Source: Styela clava
Taxonomy: Eukaryota
Direction: 5' to 3'
Assembly (NCBI RefSeq): GCF_964204865.1
Contig: NC_135257.1
Span: 20,088,001 to 20,152,000, forward strand
DNA: 64,000 bases
The notes beneath the pieces are model-generated. The model was not told where the DNA came from. It was given only the letters and a program-made list of their open reading frames with translations, and made no database searches. Positions 13,790 to 28,504 of the stretch are shown here, one piece after another. The position numbers and the translations under genes are program-made. Position 1 is the stretch's first letter, and each line of letters starts with the position of its first letter.

Positions 13790-14610
13790 CGATAAATAGG
13801 AATGAACTAGAATCGGTAGAAATTTGTCTGTATAGAGATTTGAATAGCAGTCAGTAGTTTATTTTTACACATTGTACATTGACTTTGTTTAATCTTGTCT
13901 TATTCGCTTCCAACTTGAGAATTCGTTTGCTGTGGGCAAGCAAGCACGACCTGTTGTACTCCCGTAGTATGTAAACCAAGATGGCGGACACCGGGACGTA
14001 GTACGTGTACCCGGTTAGGGTTAGGCCATAATTTCAGGTACAAATACTACGGGAGTAACTTGGCTAGTCCCCGAACTCGTAATAGAACTAAAATAATAAG
14101 AACTGGAATGAAATTATGACCTAGCCCTAACCTGATACACATACTACGTTCCAGTGTCCGCCATCTTGATTCACATACTACGGGAGCGCCCGTTCTGTTG
14201 CTACCAGGCTATAGTGAGTATATTCACAGCCGCATCAGAAGCAATGGATTAGTCAACGTCTTGAATTAACATGCAGACAACTTCATCAGAACAATGAACT
14301 AGAGCCAGAAGAAGTTTGTCTGTATGAACATTTGAGACGTCGGCAAATCTCATATAATTTGCTTCCAATTAACGAATTTGCTTACTATGGGCAAGCAAAC
14401 ACGATCTTTTGCAACCAGGTCTTAGTAAGTATATTTATAACCGGATCCGAATCAAACTATATGGTCTAACGTTTTGATTGCATATGCAGACATAATTCAC
14501 CATTTGGAACGTTGGCAAATCCCATATAATTTGCTTCCAACTTGAGAATTCGTTCACTGTGGGCAAGCAAGCACAACCTGTTGCTACTGGGCTTATTCGA
14601 AGTAAGTGTA
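13790..14610 (+). repeat. Three diverged exon-like repeats, each ending in a GT(A/G)AGT donor
   Basis: gcttccaa...tgggcaagcaa.cac at ~13905, ~14361 and ~14533, followed by gtgagt (14214), gtaagt (14425) and gtaagt (14602). Confidence 0.7.
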
Positions 14611-17335
14611 GCCCCCCTGCAAAGAAGCATACTATATGGATTAGTCGCGACAAACCAATCTTTACCAAGACCATGAATAAAAAATTTTAATAAATTTTTT
14701 CTTATCACAATTTGCGTCAAAGTCAAATCTACGAATAATAAGTTTTTCTGCAAGTTTCGCGTCAATAGGGATTTTCAGGCGCATGATGCAGCACCGTAAA
14801 TATATTTTGTTTGAGTCGATTTTGGCAATGTCATACGAACGTCACACGTATAAGTCTATTTTACTTCGGATTACGTGTACATGTGCAAGTAATGCGTCAC
14901 CTCAATTTTATACCGTTTAAATACCTATTGGCATTTTAATAACCGCTCATAACTTCACCCAGAGATTAGTTTACTTTATTTTAACTTACGTGAGCACGCA
15001 TGACATGGCTCCGCGCATATTCTCTAAATCAAAAAGTACAGCTAACGTTTCCTCGGGTCAACAAGAATTAATTTTTCACAATACACTAATCTTTTTATAA
15101 TGTCAAATTCAGCGGAATGAGAATTCCAGAGGTCATGTTTAGACTACTTATGTTGTGGAAATAAACAGATAAAATGTCACGGCCTGTACTGTCTGGTACG
15201 TATCCCACTTAGTAATAAGATTGGGCGTTGACGTAATGGATAATTCCATACTTTGGAGAGATTTGTGGAAACGCGATGAGCTTAAGGTTACTATCAAGTA
15301 ATTCAATTTATCACTTCATTGTTTGTATTCCAACGCTTTTGCGTGCATTTCACTGTGGTCAATGAGCGCGAGCTTAAAGCCAGATTATAAAAAAAAGTTA
15401 TGTTCCAGGTATTATCGCAATATTCCCAAATTTAAATCCCGTTTCGTGAAAATCTCGCCGTACTTTTCACGTATTTATATCCACGTATACCACAATGTTC
15501 ATATTCTTCAATAACGTGTTTGACGTCATAATCTTCAATAACGTGTTTTATTTATTTTTTATTGGTGTAGGGAAATCACTGCTCACAAGCTTGTAGCTCG
15601 TGTATGCAAGATTGTATGCAATCGTGCTTTTTTCATTTGTTTGCTATGTGAGATTGACCATATAGTATCTAGATGTCACATTTTTAAACCACGATTGGAG
15701 TTCTAACAAAGTGTTTACGCTGTTCTTAAAATTCAGATTACATCAAATTCGAATCGGCTAATCATCTCGTTAAAAATTTATGTAACATTTATCACCGAGA
15801 TTAGGATTCTTCAGACGAGCATATCAAATGAAAAATAACATGAAAAATGCAAAGGTGCTGCATCAAAGTGCGCTGGGAGTTCCGATCCTCAGTTTAGCAT
15901 AACAACACCATAATGATTAATAAAAAATCGTTTTGCGAAAACTTCGCAGAGAATCCCGTGCGTTGCATAGAAATCTTTTCCCATTCTAGATATCGGTAAC
16001 TGGAATGAAACATGGAACGACCTCGCCACCAAACGGCGACAAAAGTGTGAAATCCAGAAGCAAAAATGACTATTCAAAGTGTCTCGAGTGCCTTGCTGCT
16101 TACTAACACAAAAATAGAATTGGGTAATGTTTAACCTGGCCTAGATCAGTTTTTTTGAGACTAGTATGTTCCAACTTGTGTGGCTGCAAACGTTCTATAT
16201 CACTTTCAAACATGGTTGCATTAGTTTCAATTATGGCGCATGACATTTTTGCACGACTTGTCTCGCGTCCTAAACGAGAGAAGATTAAAGTTTTTTTTAT
16301 AACGAGAGCAATGGATTTTGCTTGAAGCAGACTTGTATCTTATAGTTTTATTTGTAAACGTGTAATTTTAAATCGTTTCTTATCGACTTGGATATATACA
16401 AGCGCAAGATTTCGCTTAGACTGTTTAAGCTTTCTTTTAATCTTACTAGCTGATTTTTTGGGCTCATATAAACGAGGTCACTCGCGATCATGTACACAAA
16501 GCTTAATCCTCTTATATATTTGACAAATATAGTGTTATCTTATTTTAACAAATTTTTGCTTGAAAATAAACTAAAATATATATTCAATAAACATTGAATA
16601 AAAGTGATTGAAAAGGCGATTAAAATATCCGACTTTTATTGGAAAATTTCGAATAGCCTAAAATCAACAAAAATCACAATTACGCAAACTCGAGTTGTAA
16701 TATATAACCAGGGTCTAAAAAAATTCGGTAGACAATGTCAAACCAGCAGTATTCTAGTCCAGCGGCTCTTTGTTTTCGGAGCCCTGGCTTTCGTAAATCG
16801 AAGTGGCTACAACAGTTTTTTTCCATTTTTCAAGTTCTTTTCATTTCGTCGTAAACCTAATCATTGCATCATTCGTAACTTATTTATTAGAGCAAATGTT
16901 GTTGCTTCGAGTAGGTTTGAGATTGACGGGAAGGATGCCTTTCTAGTCTTTTCAATTTGAGTGAATTTATATCGCATGGGTAAAATTACACAAATACACT
17001 GTAAAAATACGTATAAATAGTTAGTCGTCCTAAATACCGCCAAATGCGCTTAATTTTTTACAAAGAGATGGCTGTGAAATTACAAAATATTTTAAAGCGT
17101 AGCTCTTTACGTATCAGTTACTGCTTGCTAGGTTCTTATACAAAGTTACTGTTGTGTAAACGGTTAAAAGTACCGAAATAGTAATTTTATTTAATTTTCT
17201 TATAAATTTTCTTATAACTTTCCATTCAATAGTTTTAATGTCTGAAACGTATAAACTGTAAATATATTCATATATAAAATCAAATCGAATGCTGGCAAAA
17301 AATGCACTTGAAGTGGCCTTTCATAATGGTACCAA

Positions 17336-17448
17336 TGGTGCTCCAGAAGTATGCGCACCAAGATGTCACACAACCTGAATCCTAATCGGTACACACATAC
17401 TATGTTCAGGTTGTGCGCCATCTTGGTGCGCATACTTCTGGAGGTCCC
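17336..17448. mobile_element. ~110-bp MITE family C (second copy 47645-47755)
   Basis: TIR ctccagaagtatgcgcaccaagatg/catcttggtgcgcatacttctggag. Copy at 47645 has internal accctaacc and TSD tggaaa/tgaaaa; the empty site is visible in a sister repeat unit near 46877. Confidence 0.85.
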
Positions 17449-18153
17449 CCAATTATATGTATTTGATTTGATATTCTCAATAAATTACTTCACTACTGCA
17501 ACTTGCAAAGTCACGCAAATCTTGAAATTATAGATATTTATATTTTAATTTCTACCAGCTTTGTAGTTCAACTATGAATAAGATTATATGTAAACAATAT
17601 TCATATATCTTATTAATTGAATCCTTAGATTTAAATGGAATCTAGCGGAACCCCAAGACTGCACTCACGAAACTCCAGTATATAATAATGTCCAATGCAT
17701 TGGTTTCTCACTTGGGTCACAAACCTTTCTAAACTTGTTAGAGTTTATGATGAATGAATTTGTTTGACTTTTTTCATTGTCTTATGATTCATTTATTAGA
17801 CTTTAGCTCAGGTGTCGCCGCTCGATAACCAATTTTGGTTTTCGCGACTCTTTTCACCTCGAATTATCCGTTTTTGCTTCCTTTTACATTCCGTATGCAT
17901 TTAGTGTATTTCATGTGTGGTGAAAAAATAAACTACTGATTACTAATTAAACTTGTAGTGGAAATGAATGATGATGCTTTGGTAATTTTCATTTTAAATA
18001 TTAAAGTGAAAGTGTTTATCTCCACAAAAAGAATGATTTTTTGCTTTTTCTGTCGATTTTCTCTTACATGAAAAAAGTGAATGTGCCAAAGAGTCTTTTG
18101 TGCAACAAAAGTGGGTCATGAAGGAACATAGGTTCAAAACCATTGGTATAGAG

Positions 18154-18616
18154 CAGGGCGGATCCGGCCCGCAAAGTAATATAATCAGTCCCGCCACGCT
18201 TCACTGAATTATAGTAAAAAAACAGCTGTTTTGACGATTATATTCTTTACGTAACAGAATTTATTGTGAGACACGTATAGACTAAATTATATTATAATCT
18301 AACTAGTATAAAATTCACAATTACTCGTTTTATGAGCCTAAAATTTAATTATAATTAGACAAATGGCAACAACACGCAGAAAAGTTACGCTAAGTGAAAA
18401 TGGTTCATTGGCAAATATTCGAATAGAATTTCTTGAGATGCAATGCAATGAGGAAATAAATCTATATTCTATTCGAGAATATATTCTATCACTGCTTGAT
18501 TTGTATTATAAAAGTATCATCCGTTAGGTTTCCTACTTTCTAAAAATATGTGCGGCCCACCAATGAATTGCAACCTTGATTTTGGCCCGCAAGTGACAAA
18601 AGGTTGCCGACCCTTG
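18154..18616. mobile_element. hAT MITE
   Basis: TSD gtatagag/gtatagac; cagggcggatccggcccgc start; ggcccgc...aaggttgccgacccttg end. Confidence 0.75.
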
Positions 18617-18799
18617 GTATAGACTATAGAGAGTAAATCGTTGTATAGGAATGTATGCGCTGAATTGTGGATTCAACACATTTTTTTTAAATCTTTTGTG
18701 GTGATTCGTGTCGTCGTTTGAGATCGTGGTAAATACGTCGAAGATATTTCTGATTTATAGCAAAAAGGGTGTGTCAGGGGTGGGTGGCTCAGGTTAGAA

Positions 18800-19232
18800 G
18801 TTTTGACTGAATCGCTAGAAACGTGTTCTCACGCCATTCGATATCCCATGAAAGTAAAAAAAAAGTTAACAGAGCACCTTTCTTTGAAACGATAGATTGT
18901 CTCGTTATTCCATTAATTCCTTTGTACCCATTCCAAGTACTAAATTGACTGAAGTTAAAACTTGATAGCGATTGGAGACCGCCGATTTTGCGATCTTCCA
19001 CATGTCCTTTCGCTCTAACTCAATAGCGACACCACGTGTCACATCACTAATTAATTAATAACTCGCTAATTATACGACATAATTCATACAAAACAATAGG
19101 CTTCCTGTTCAAGATATGATGAATTCGCTTTCGTGAGATATCGCGTAACATACGAAAGTGTCTAACAGACAAACAAACAGACAAACAGACAAATACCTAT
19201 CGATATACTTACCGATCGAGATCGATAAGTAA
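18800..19232 (-). repeat. HINE/DINE-1-like interspersed repeat (opposite-orientation copy at ~21140-21450)
   Basis: ttacttatcgat...taagtat.t.gataggtatttgt, then (gtct/gttt)n microsatellite, cgcgatatctcacgaaagcga and gtcgtataattagcga, shared between the copies. Confidence 0.65.
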
Positions 19233-22200
19233 AAAGCTTTCTCCACGCTTTCAAGAAATATGACAGCTTTTTGAGGTACAGTAGACTAGATGTGTTTACG
19301 GTGTTACTTAGTGAGTGATTACAAAAATGCTGACAAGCAACATAAAACATTATTATATAGATATCCCCTTTTTATTTACCTTGCTTTGAGCGAATATATG
19401 CCGTATGTACAAAATCATTGTACTGATAGTTTTTCCTAAATAAAAGACACCTGAGCATTAAATTACTCAAACATTATCATTCACGTGATCATCTTTTAGC
19501 GTAAATAAATTTTTATGCACTGGCTCATTGGACACGAAGCTTACCTATGGATCGTTTGGTTAATATGTTGTTGTTCTTCTTGTTAGTATTTTTAACCCCA
19601 TTTGAAATCTACCAATCGAAGTAACACTATAAGTACTGTAATGATAAACAGGGGGTCGTTAGTGCTGAAAGCCCCCACAGGACATAACAGATTGGGAACC
19701 CCTGCTCTGAACAAAGGTATATGGAGCATCCATTACATATTCCCTTCGCTACTTGGTAATGTGGAGCCATTAGAATAAGCACTCTATCTTTGTGAATTGC
19801 ACATCCCATGAGTCAGAACTGATGCTATTTCGAGTCTCAATTTAAAGTCACAAACTTAAACAAACTGTGTTTTAACTTTGAGATATTTTGTTTCAATGGG
19901 ACATTGGATAGTTAGTTATACTTGTACTCTGTACAAATTAAATAATTATGATATGTGCGCAGTGATACTACAGTGACACTAAATATGTAAAGATTCATTC
20001 TATAGCAGGAATATAGAATTCTGAAATATTTCAAAATAAGATCTTCATGGCAATTCAAAATGCAAAGTCATTCAGGTATGTGATGTAACCACAGATTTTC
20101 TAAAAATGAAGCGCAAAACAAAGAAATCTCACAAAATGAGTCATAAAATAAAACTTTGAGTTGTAACTTCTAATCTATTATTAAAAAGCCAATTCTGATT
20201 CCTCGTGAATCATGTTTACCATCGCGTACTACCCGAGAATGGTAGCGCCACCGAAGCCAATTATTCATCTAATGTTAGAAAAACACAACATTTTTTATTT
20301 TATTTTTTGATAAACAACTAAAACGCATTACATATGGGAGCGGTTCTAATACTGCGTATTAATCTGAGTCATTGGTAAATCAAAATTATTTTTACCTAAT
20401 ATTTATTTATTTTAGACTCCTGTCTTCGCCTTTTAATATAAAAAAGACCGTGAACAGACAGCCATAGATGTGATACTGTTTATTACAGCATAGCATCTCA
20501 AAGTTCTCCATACGGAGCCGCGGGGCTTCCTGAAATAAAACCTAAGGACTCCGCCAGTTTATTCGTTTACTTACTAAAATACTAACTTGGCTAATTTTGT
20601 AACTGTGTAAAGAAGCAAAAATGGCGTTAATGACATTTGACACAACAGTAGCATCGAAATTTGACAACAAGGCGATAATTCAAATATCACATTATCTGAA
20701 AGTTCCAATAGATAATTTTTATAAATTCATTGTGGGGCTTCGTAAGTAATAGTCAACTTCTTCACGCGCTTCACAATACCAAAAGTGTGAGACTCCCGTA
20801 GTATGTGTACCCGGTTAGGGTTAAGACATAATTTTTTTCCGATTTTTCTTATTTTAGTTCTATCACGAGTTCGGGGACAGTTTGTTTCAGCCAAATGAAT
20901 ATACCTTCTGTCTATAGGTTTCAGTCCCTTTATATAACTTGAGGTAAAATAGGCGAACAAAATTAGTTACCGCCATATTGGTACACACACTTCTGGAGCG
21001 CATGGAGACCATGTACAGGAGGCCAATGATATGTAATGAGATATCGTTTATTACAGGACCCCATAGGATATATTTCAATTTAAATCATCAAAACACTTCG
21101 CGAGCCAGCTTGTTGAAGTATGTTGAAACTAGTTATAGCTTATTACTTATCGATTTTATTCCGTAAGTATGTTGATAGGTATTTGTATGTTTGTCTGTCT
21201 GTTAGATGCACGCGATATCTCACGAAAGCGAGATTGGATCTGCTGCAGATTTTGCATGTGCATTCATCATATCTCGTACTAGAAGGCTATTGATTTTGGG
21301 CGAATTGTGTCGTATAATTAGCGACTTATTATTTAATTGGTGATGAGACAAATGGTGTCGCTGTGGAGTAAGAGCAGATGAATCGAAACCGCAGTTTATG
21401 TTTTGGGATCCCCTAACTTTCGATCGCTAAGTCTTCGGTCTCCGATATTCTCGTATTATCTATTGCTGAATTTGTATATATTATATTGTATATGACTGCT
21501 TGCGTATAGCCTTTCTCGAAGCAGTAGCACAGAACACCGCATGAAAAACATTTTATATTCATCACGCGACAATATTTATATTTTGAAATTATCCTTTTAC
21601 TCATGTTATACTCATAGTCTCATATTCTTACTTATGTTATTAATTAGACCGCGTTGTACATTTGGATATCAAAATAGATTTTAATTATCTTTTAAATTCG
21701 AATGACACAGAGCGACGATTAACACAAATATGGAAAAAACACCAATATCAGTATTTTATTCGTTTGTATGATTTGGATTATTATTAAATTGTATGGTTTT
21801 TAGGTTGCCACTCATATTATACTCATATTCTTTCTCATGTTATTAATTGGACCGCATTATATATTTGAGGATTGAAATAGATTATTAATCACTTTTAAAG
21901 AGCGATGAATAATACAAATATTGAAAAACACTGATAAAATTTGTTCAATATCTGTATATGGTTTCGATTATTTTTAAGTTAGATGCTATTGAATATGCAA
22001 ATTTAATCAACTTTCAATCAAATATTTTCTAAAATAAGTTTGAAGAACGAAGTAAAAATAATAATATTTCTTTTTATATATTTTAATCATAAGACAAATA
22101 TGTCATAAAATTTTTTCAAATTGCAGCAAAGAGAATTGATCGATGCCAAATATTGTTTTGGCCTTCACAGATGCATTAAATGAAGTAAAAATACTTGAAC

Positions 22201-23086
22201 AATTACTAATTAAAAACAGCAAACCTGGTTAAGGTAAATTGAAAACTGAGTTCATAACAAAATTGAAACTGTAAAAGAACACCCTGTATATGACTTTGAT
22301 TATATCAATAAACCAGTTTGTTTTGGGTCATTCAAAACAGATTATGCATATCTAAATTTTTACACCACATGTAAAATTACAATTTTTGCAACTTAATATC
22401 AGTCCCACCTCCTAAAAAACTATGGCACGCTGGTTATCCTCTGGTTGAAATTTCAAAAATATATACTAAACGATATATGAATAATTTTATTGTGAACTAT
22501 AATGTCAAAACGTTTCATCATCTTTATTTTTTTTTAAATTAAATCATGGCTTACCCTTGTTTGAGGCCACATGGACTTTTTAAAATAGCTCATGAAATAT
22601 TTGTAAGATAAAGAAAAGTATGATTTCTCAGCAATAACGTTATTTTCAAACAACTATATTAAATTACAGAAAAATAATATTTATTTAATCACCATTTGCA
22701 TTGCACATATATACACGAAGAGATATATTATGAGGCTGTCATTTACAAGACGATAGACTATCCATTTAGCTTGTATAAATAAGCTAAAAAAATGATGAAT
22801 CGAAAGTTTCAAAGCAATCCTGATTGATATATCGTGCAAATAATGTAAAGATATTTAGGGATTATTTTCAAACACTCACAAATTTGCGTGACAGATACTT
22901 TTTCTCTTTATAAACGCGCTTATTTCTCGATAATTCGAGTGCGAACTCGGAAGGGTTCATAATAGGTTTTCGTTGGCAAATTATTTCCATGATCCTAAAA
23001 TAGAAATAGTTATTTATCGCGTGTTTGGTATCACGCTCATGGTCTACATTCTGAGAAGAATGTTCGCTTGTGGTGGGTTGGATAGG

Positions 23087-23630
23087 TTTGCGTTATCTCT
23101 ATCATTTCTTTGCTATTTACTCTCCGCGGCCACATTGTATTTTTTCACTTTAGTATTCAAATTGTCTTTTATCCTTCCACGATTTTTTGTGGGAACAATC
23201 AAGTTGGTTATGACTAAGCAGTGACGTATCTAGGGTACGGCAGCCACGGCTAGTACTATGGGGGCCGTTTGGATGGGGACGCAAAAAGGGTAAAAAATTT
23301 TAATTGTAAAATTTCCCAATGAAAAAAATATGATTTTGGAATAATTGAAATCGTTGTTTTGCGTTATCTCTATCATTTCTTTGCTATTTACTCTCCGCGA
23401 CCACATTGTATTTTTTCACTTTAGTATTCAAATTATCTTGTATCCTTCCACGATTTTTTGTGGGAACAATCAAATTGGTTATGACTAAGCAGTGACGTAT
23501 CTATGGTGCGGCAGCCACGGCTAGTACCATGGGAGCCGTTTGGATGGGGACGCAAAAAGGGTAAAAAATCTTAATTGTAAAATTTTCCAATGAAAAAATA
23601 TGATTTTGGAATATTTGAAATCGTTGTTTT
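23087..23630. repeat. Direct tandem duplication, 271 bp x 2
   Basis: tttgcgttatctctatcatttc... at 23087 and 23358, with few substitutions. Confidence 0.95.
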
Positions 23631-23745
23631 CCTCAAATCCATACCATACAAGTATCTGATTTCAACAACAGTCGTTAAAATCGTCAGTCAACGGCCAAGA
23701 GGGCTCATTTTCAAACCTCAAGCCAAATACGTGGATACGTCACTG
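23490..23745. mobile_element. hAT MITE with CAGTGACGTATC TIR (related inverted copy 24572-24821)
   Basis: cagtgacgtatc ... gatacgtcactg; internal homology to 24572-24821 (cagtggcgtata...tatacggcactg). Confidence 0.75.
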
Positions 23746-25619
23746 TGGTTGCGACGGTAACATCCGATCACGCGTTGTTTGCGAATGTACAATTACACTA
23801 TAATGTTTGTCTTCTCATTGTGTACCAAATGTACATAGTTTTATTAGGTTTTTCCTAACTTTCCAAACTCACTCAATGCTTACTATATCAGTATCCTGTA
23901 CGTTGCCGAGTATTTCATTTTGGAGGGGTGTTACTAAATGTAGAAGGTGGTAGATATTTTGTTATTGGTGAAAAAACTATTGGTATCTCATAAAACGGTA
24001 ATATGTATTTGACTGATTATATGCACTGGCATGCAATCGATTTTCTGGCTATTTAAATAAAATTTTATTTATGTTAACTAAAGTGTGGTGTAACATCACA
24101 AAATTAGGACTGTTTATTCCCTATAGAGGTGGTGTAGGAAAATCGCTAACAGTGTCATACCGGTTACCGTTCTTCGTGGAAATATTTGCAATCATAGCAT
24201 TTTCATATTGTTATACATACACAATGTTACCATGATTTTAAACTATCTCACTAACTGACCTTATTCACCGCTTGCTATAACCGTGACAAACCGATTTTTC
24301 GTAAGCGTCTACTTAACATTTCTTTGCGTCTACATACAACTTCATAATATGTCACCATATACTATATCACATGCTTAAAACGAGATCACGAGCACTCTTT
24401 CCGAAATGAAGACGCTTAATCTCTGAGCGAAGTTACTTGCAATAACTGAGGAGCAAACAGCTACGAGAGTATCGATGCTATTTTGAATTGAATTTTAATT
24501 TTTTGAATTCTGATTTAAGAAATGATTTTCAACAGGTATGTTCGTTGAACGAGACTTGCGAGTAAGAACAACAGTGGCGTATATTTATGTAAAATGGCGC
24601 CCATGGCAAAGTTTGGAAATGCGCCCCGTGATCGTTGACTGACATTTTTTAACGACCGTTGTTGAATTCAGACACTTCTACGTTATCACTTGAGAAATAA
24701 TACATTGGTTCCAATTTGAAATTGTTTTATTGGATCATTTTACGTATCAAGCTTTTTACTCATTTTGCGCCCCAATTCAAATGACGCCCATAGCACGGGC
24801 CATGGCTGCTATACGGCACTGGGGAACAGATCCAATAAAACATTCTGAATCTGACTCTCAAGCGCTTCTAACATAATTGTCCATCATATATATAATTAAA
24901 AATAGGATAGAATGGGATTCCCATATTTATTTCGGGGGATAGGTAATTTTATGGCGAACCACGGCCTCTCGTCCAGATACCAGTTCATGTCGGGTATGTT
25001 TTCTGGAGCATGAAAAATAATACACAATAAATCAGTGATAAATAGGACTTGCACTGGGATGAATTTTACAGGCAATAAAGAACATGTAAAAATACAGCCG
25101 TTGGCCACATAGCATATTGATGGCTTGAGGTTGCTGAAATGCACTAGCATATGCCAATGTATTCAACGTATGTAATTATTTGTTTTATAATGTAATGTTA
25201 TTATGTAAAGGATGTTTAATTGCATAACAATTACTTTGATTTAGAATGACTGCAATGAAAATGAACATTTTTCTATTGGATTTTCAATAAACTACCTTAA
25301 AACAGCATACACGAGCGCCATTGTGTATACAGGTGTAGCGTAATACAATTTTGTCTATTCAACCAAATTACCTACCTGCGGGAACATACATTCGAAAAAT
25401 GCCATAGCATAGCAGATATTTCATCTCTATCTTTTTTGCCATTATGAAATTCATTATACAAATTGTCCATGAGGTCATAAATTGAATCAGGTTGAAGGAC
25501 TGTGATGTTCTGTGTGCAACTAATGATGGGCGTATAAAGTTGTAATGAATGAGGTAAAATCATAAATAAACACTGATTATAATAAAACAATCCTGGTCAA
25601 GCTATATTGAGAACTGAAT

Positions 25620-28504
25620 TCATGACCAAATTACAATTGTAACATTATTTTATGAACACCGTGTATATAGTTATACTCTTAATGATTGATGTTCTGTACA
25701 GATGCATATCTTTATGAACTCGACAGAGTTATGGAAGCGAGCTTAAGTACAGGATAAAGATATTTAACGAAATAAATTACTTAATACCGACACACAGAGG
25801 GTTTGTAGTGGTTCATAAATTGCGGGCTTTCTATATGTAAATTAGGATCAAGAAAAAAGATATTAGAGAAGCAATACCAGCAATTAAGTAAAAATATCAA
25901 TGCTTATCTCGCCAAAAATGTCAAAAAACTTTTCTCAAAATTAAAAAAAAATCTGTATTGCCATTTTCTATGAATATTCTTCCAAAGAAACAAAAGCACA
26001 ATATAAAATGAACAAAACGGTGTAGTATGGTTGCTACTGATACAAAAAAGTCTCAATGACATAAAAAAAACACCTAACGGGATCAGATATGGAATGTTGT
26101 AAAAGTTGAAACAATTAAACTTCATACCTGAACCAAAGCAAAGCATTAGTTTGGCACTCCAGAAGTGTATGTACCAATATGGAAGTAACTAATTTTGTTC
26201 GCCTACTTTACATCAGGTTGTAAAAAGGAACTAAAACCTATGGGCAGGGGGTATATTTATTTAGCTAACACAGACAGTCCCCAAACTCGTAATAGAACTA
26301 AAATACGGAAAATCGGAAAAAAAGTATGGCCCAACCCTAACCGGGTACACATACTACGGGAGTACCATAAATATTTTTAACAAAATAAATTACTTAATAC
26401 CGACGCACAGAGGGTTTGTTGTGGTTTAAGAAGTGTAGGCTTTCTTATATGTAAATTAAGATCATGGTAAAGACTATTAGAGAAGCAATAACAGCGAGTA
26501 TCTAAGTAAAAATATCAATACTTATCTCGGCAACATGTCAAATAATATTTCTCAAATATTTTTTCTCATAAATTATTATCTTTATGACCAAATTGCAATT
26601 GTAACAATATTTTATGAACACCGTGTATACAGTTATACTTATAATGATTGATGTTCTGTGCAGATGCATATCTTCATGAACTCGACAGAGTTATGGAAGC
26701 GAGCCTAAGTACAGGATAAAGATATTTAACGAAATAAATTACTTAATACCGACACACAGAGGGTTTGTTGTGGTTCATAAATTGCGGGCTTTCTATATGT
26801 AAATTAGGATCAAGAAAAAAGATATTAGAGAAGCAATACCAGCAATTAAGTAAAAATATCAATGCTTATCTCGCCAAAAATGTCAAAAAACTTTTCTCAA
26901 AATTAAAAAAAAATCTGTATTGCCATTTTCTATGAATATTCTTCCAAAGAAACAAAAGCACAATATAAAATGAACAAAACGGTTTAGTATGGTTGCTACT
27001 GATACAAAAAAGTCTCAATGACATAAAAAAAACACCTAACGGGATCAGATATGGAATGTTGTAAAAGTTGAAACAATTAAACTTCATACCTGAACCAAAG
27101 CAAAGCATTAGTTTGGCACTCCAGAAGTGTATGTACCAATATGGAAGTAACTAATTTTGTTCGCCTACTTTACATCAGGTTGTAAAAAGGAACTAAAACC
27201 TATGGGCAGGGGGTATATTTATTTAGCTAACACAGACAGTCCCCAAACTCGTAATAGAACTAAAATACGGAAAATCGGAAAAAAAGTATGGCCCAACCCT
27301 AACCGGGTACACATACTACGGGAGTACCATAAATATTTTTAACAAAATAAATTACTTAATACCGACGCACAGAGGGTTTGTTGTGGTTTAAGAAGTGTAG
27401 GCTTTCTTATATGTAAATTAAGATCATGGTAAAGACTATTAGAGAAGCAATAACAGCGAGTATCTAAGTAAAAATATCAATACTTATCTCGGCAACATGT
27501 CAAATAATATTTCTCAAATATTTTTTCTCATAAATTATTATCTTTATGACCAAATTGCAATTGTAACAATATTTTATGAACACCGTGTATATAGTTATAC
27601 TTATAATGATTGATGTTCTGTGCAGATGCATATCTTGATGAACTCGACAGAGTTATGGAAGCGAGCTTAAGTACACGATAAAGATATTTAACGAAATAAA
27701 TTACTTAATACCGACACACAGAGGGTTTGTTGTGGTTCATAAATTGCGGGCTTTCTATATGTAAATTAGGATCAAGAAAAAAGATATTAGAGAAGCAATA
27801 CCAGCAATTAAGTAAAAATATCAATGCTTATCTCGCCAAAAATGTCAGAAAACTTTTCTCAAAAATAAAAAAAAATCTGTATTGCCATTTTCTATGAATA
27901 TTCTTTCAAAGAAACAAAAGCACCATATAAAATGAACAAAACGGTTTAGTATGGTTGCTACTGATACAAAAAAGTCTCAATGACATAAAAAAAAACACCT
28001 AACGGGATCAGATATGGAATGTTGTAAAAGTTGAAACAATTAAATTTCATACCTGAACCAAAGCAAAGCATTAGTTTGGCACTCCAGAAGTGTATGTACC
28101 AATATGGAAGTCACTAATTTTGTTCTTTACATCAGGTTGTAAAAAGGAACTGAAACCTATGGGCAGGGGGTATATTTATTTAGCTAACACAGACAGTCCC
28201 CAAACTCGTAATAGAACTAAAATACGGAAAATCGGAAAAAAAGTATGGCCCAACCCTAACCGGGTACACATACTACGGGAGTACCATAAATATTTCTCAA
28301 CGAAATAAATTACTTAATACCGACGCACAGAGGGTTTGTTGTGGTTTAAGAAGTGTAGGCTTCCTTATATGTAAATTAATATCATGGTAAAGACTATTAG
28401 AGAAGCAATAACAGCGAGTATCTAAGTAAAAATATCAATGCTTAACTCGGCAACATGTCAAATAATTTTTCTCAAATATTTTTTCTCATAAATTATTATC
28501 TTTA
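25620..28504. repeat. Tandem triplication, 962-bp unit
   Basis: atgaccaaatt.caattgtaac at 25622, 26584 and 27546; units nearly identical, each with a family A MITE. Confidence 0.97.

Noticed and set aside
21600-21990. ~200-bp degenerate duplication (similar ones at 32380-33560)
   Set aside because: Ordinary old AT-rich local duplications with no further structure.
26195-28308. Repeated 61-80 aa ORFs (MFAYFTSG..., MLCFGSG...)
   Set aside because: Chance frames in the MITE and 962-bp repeat; broken in other copies.
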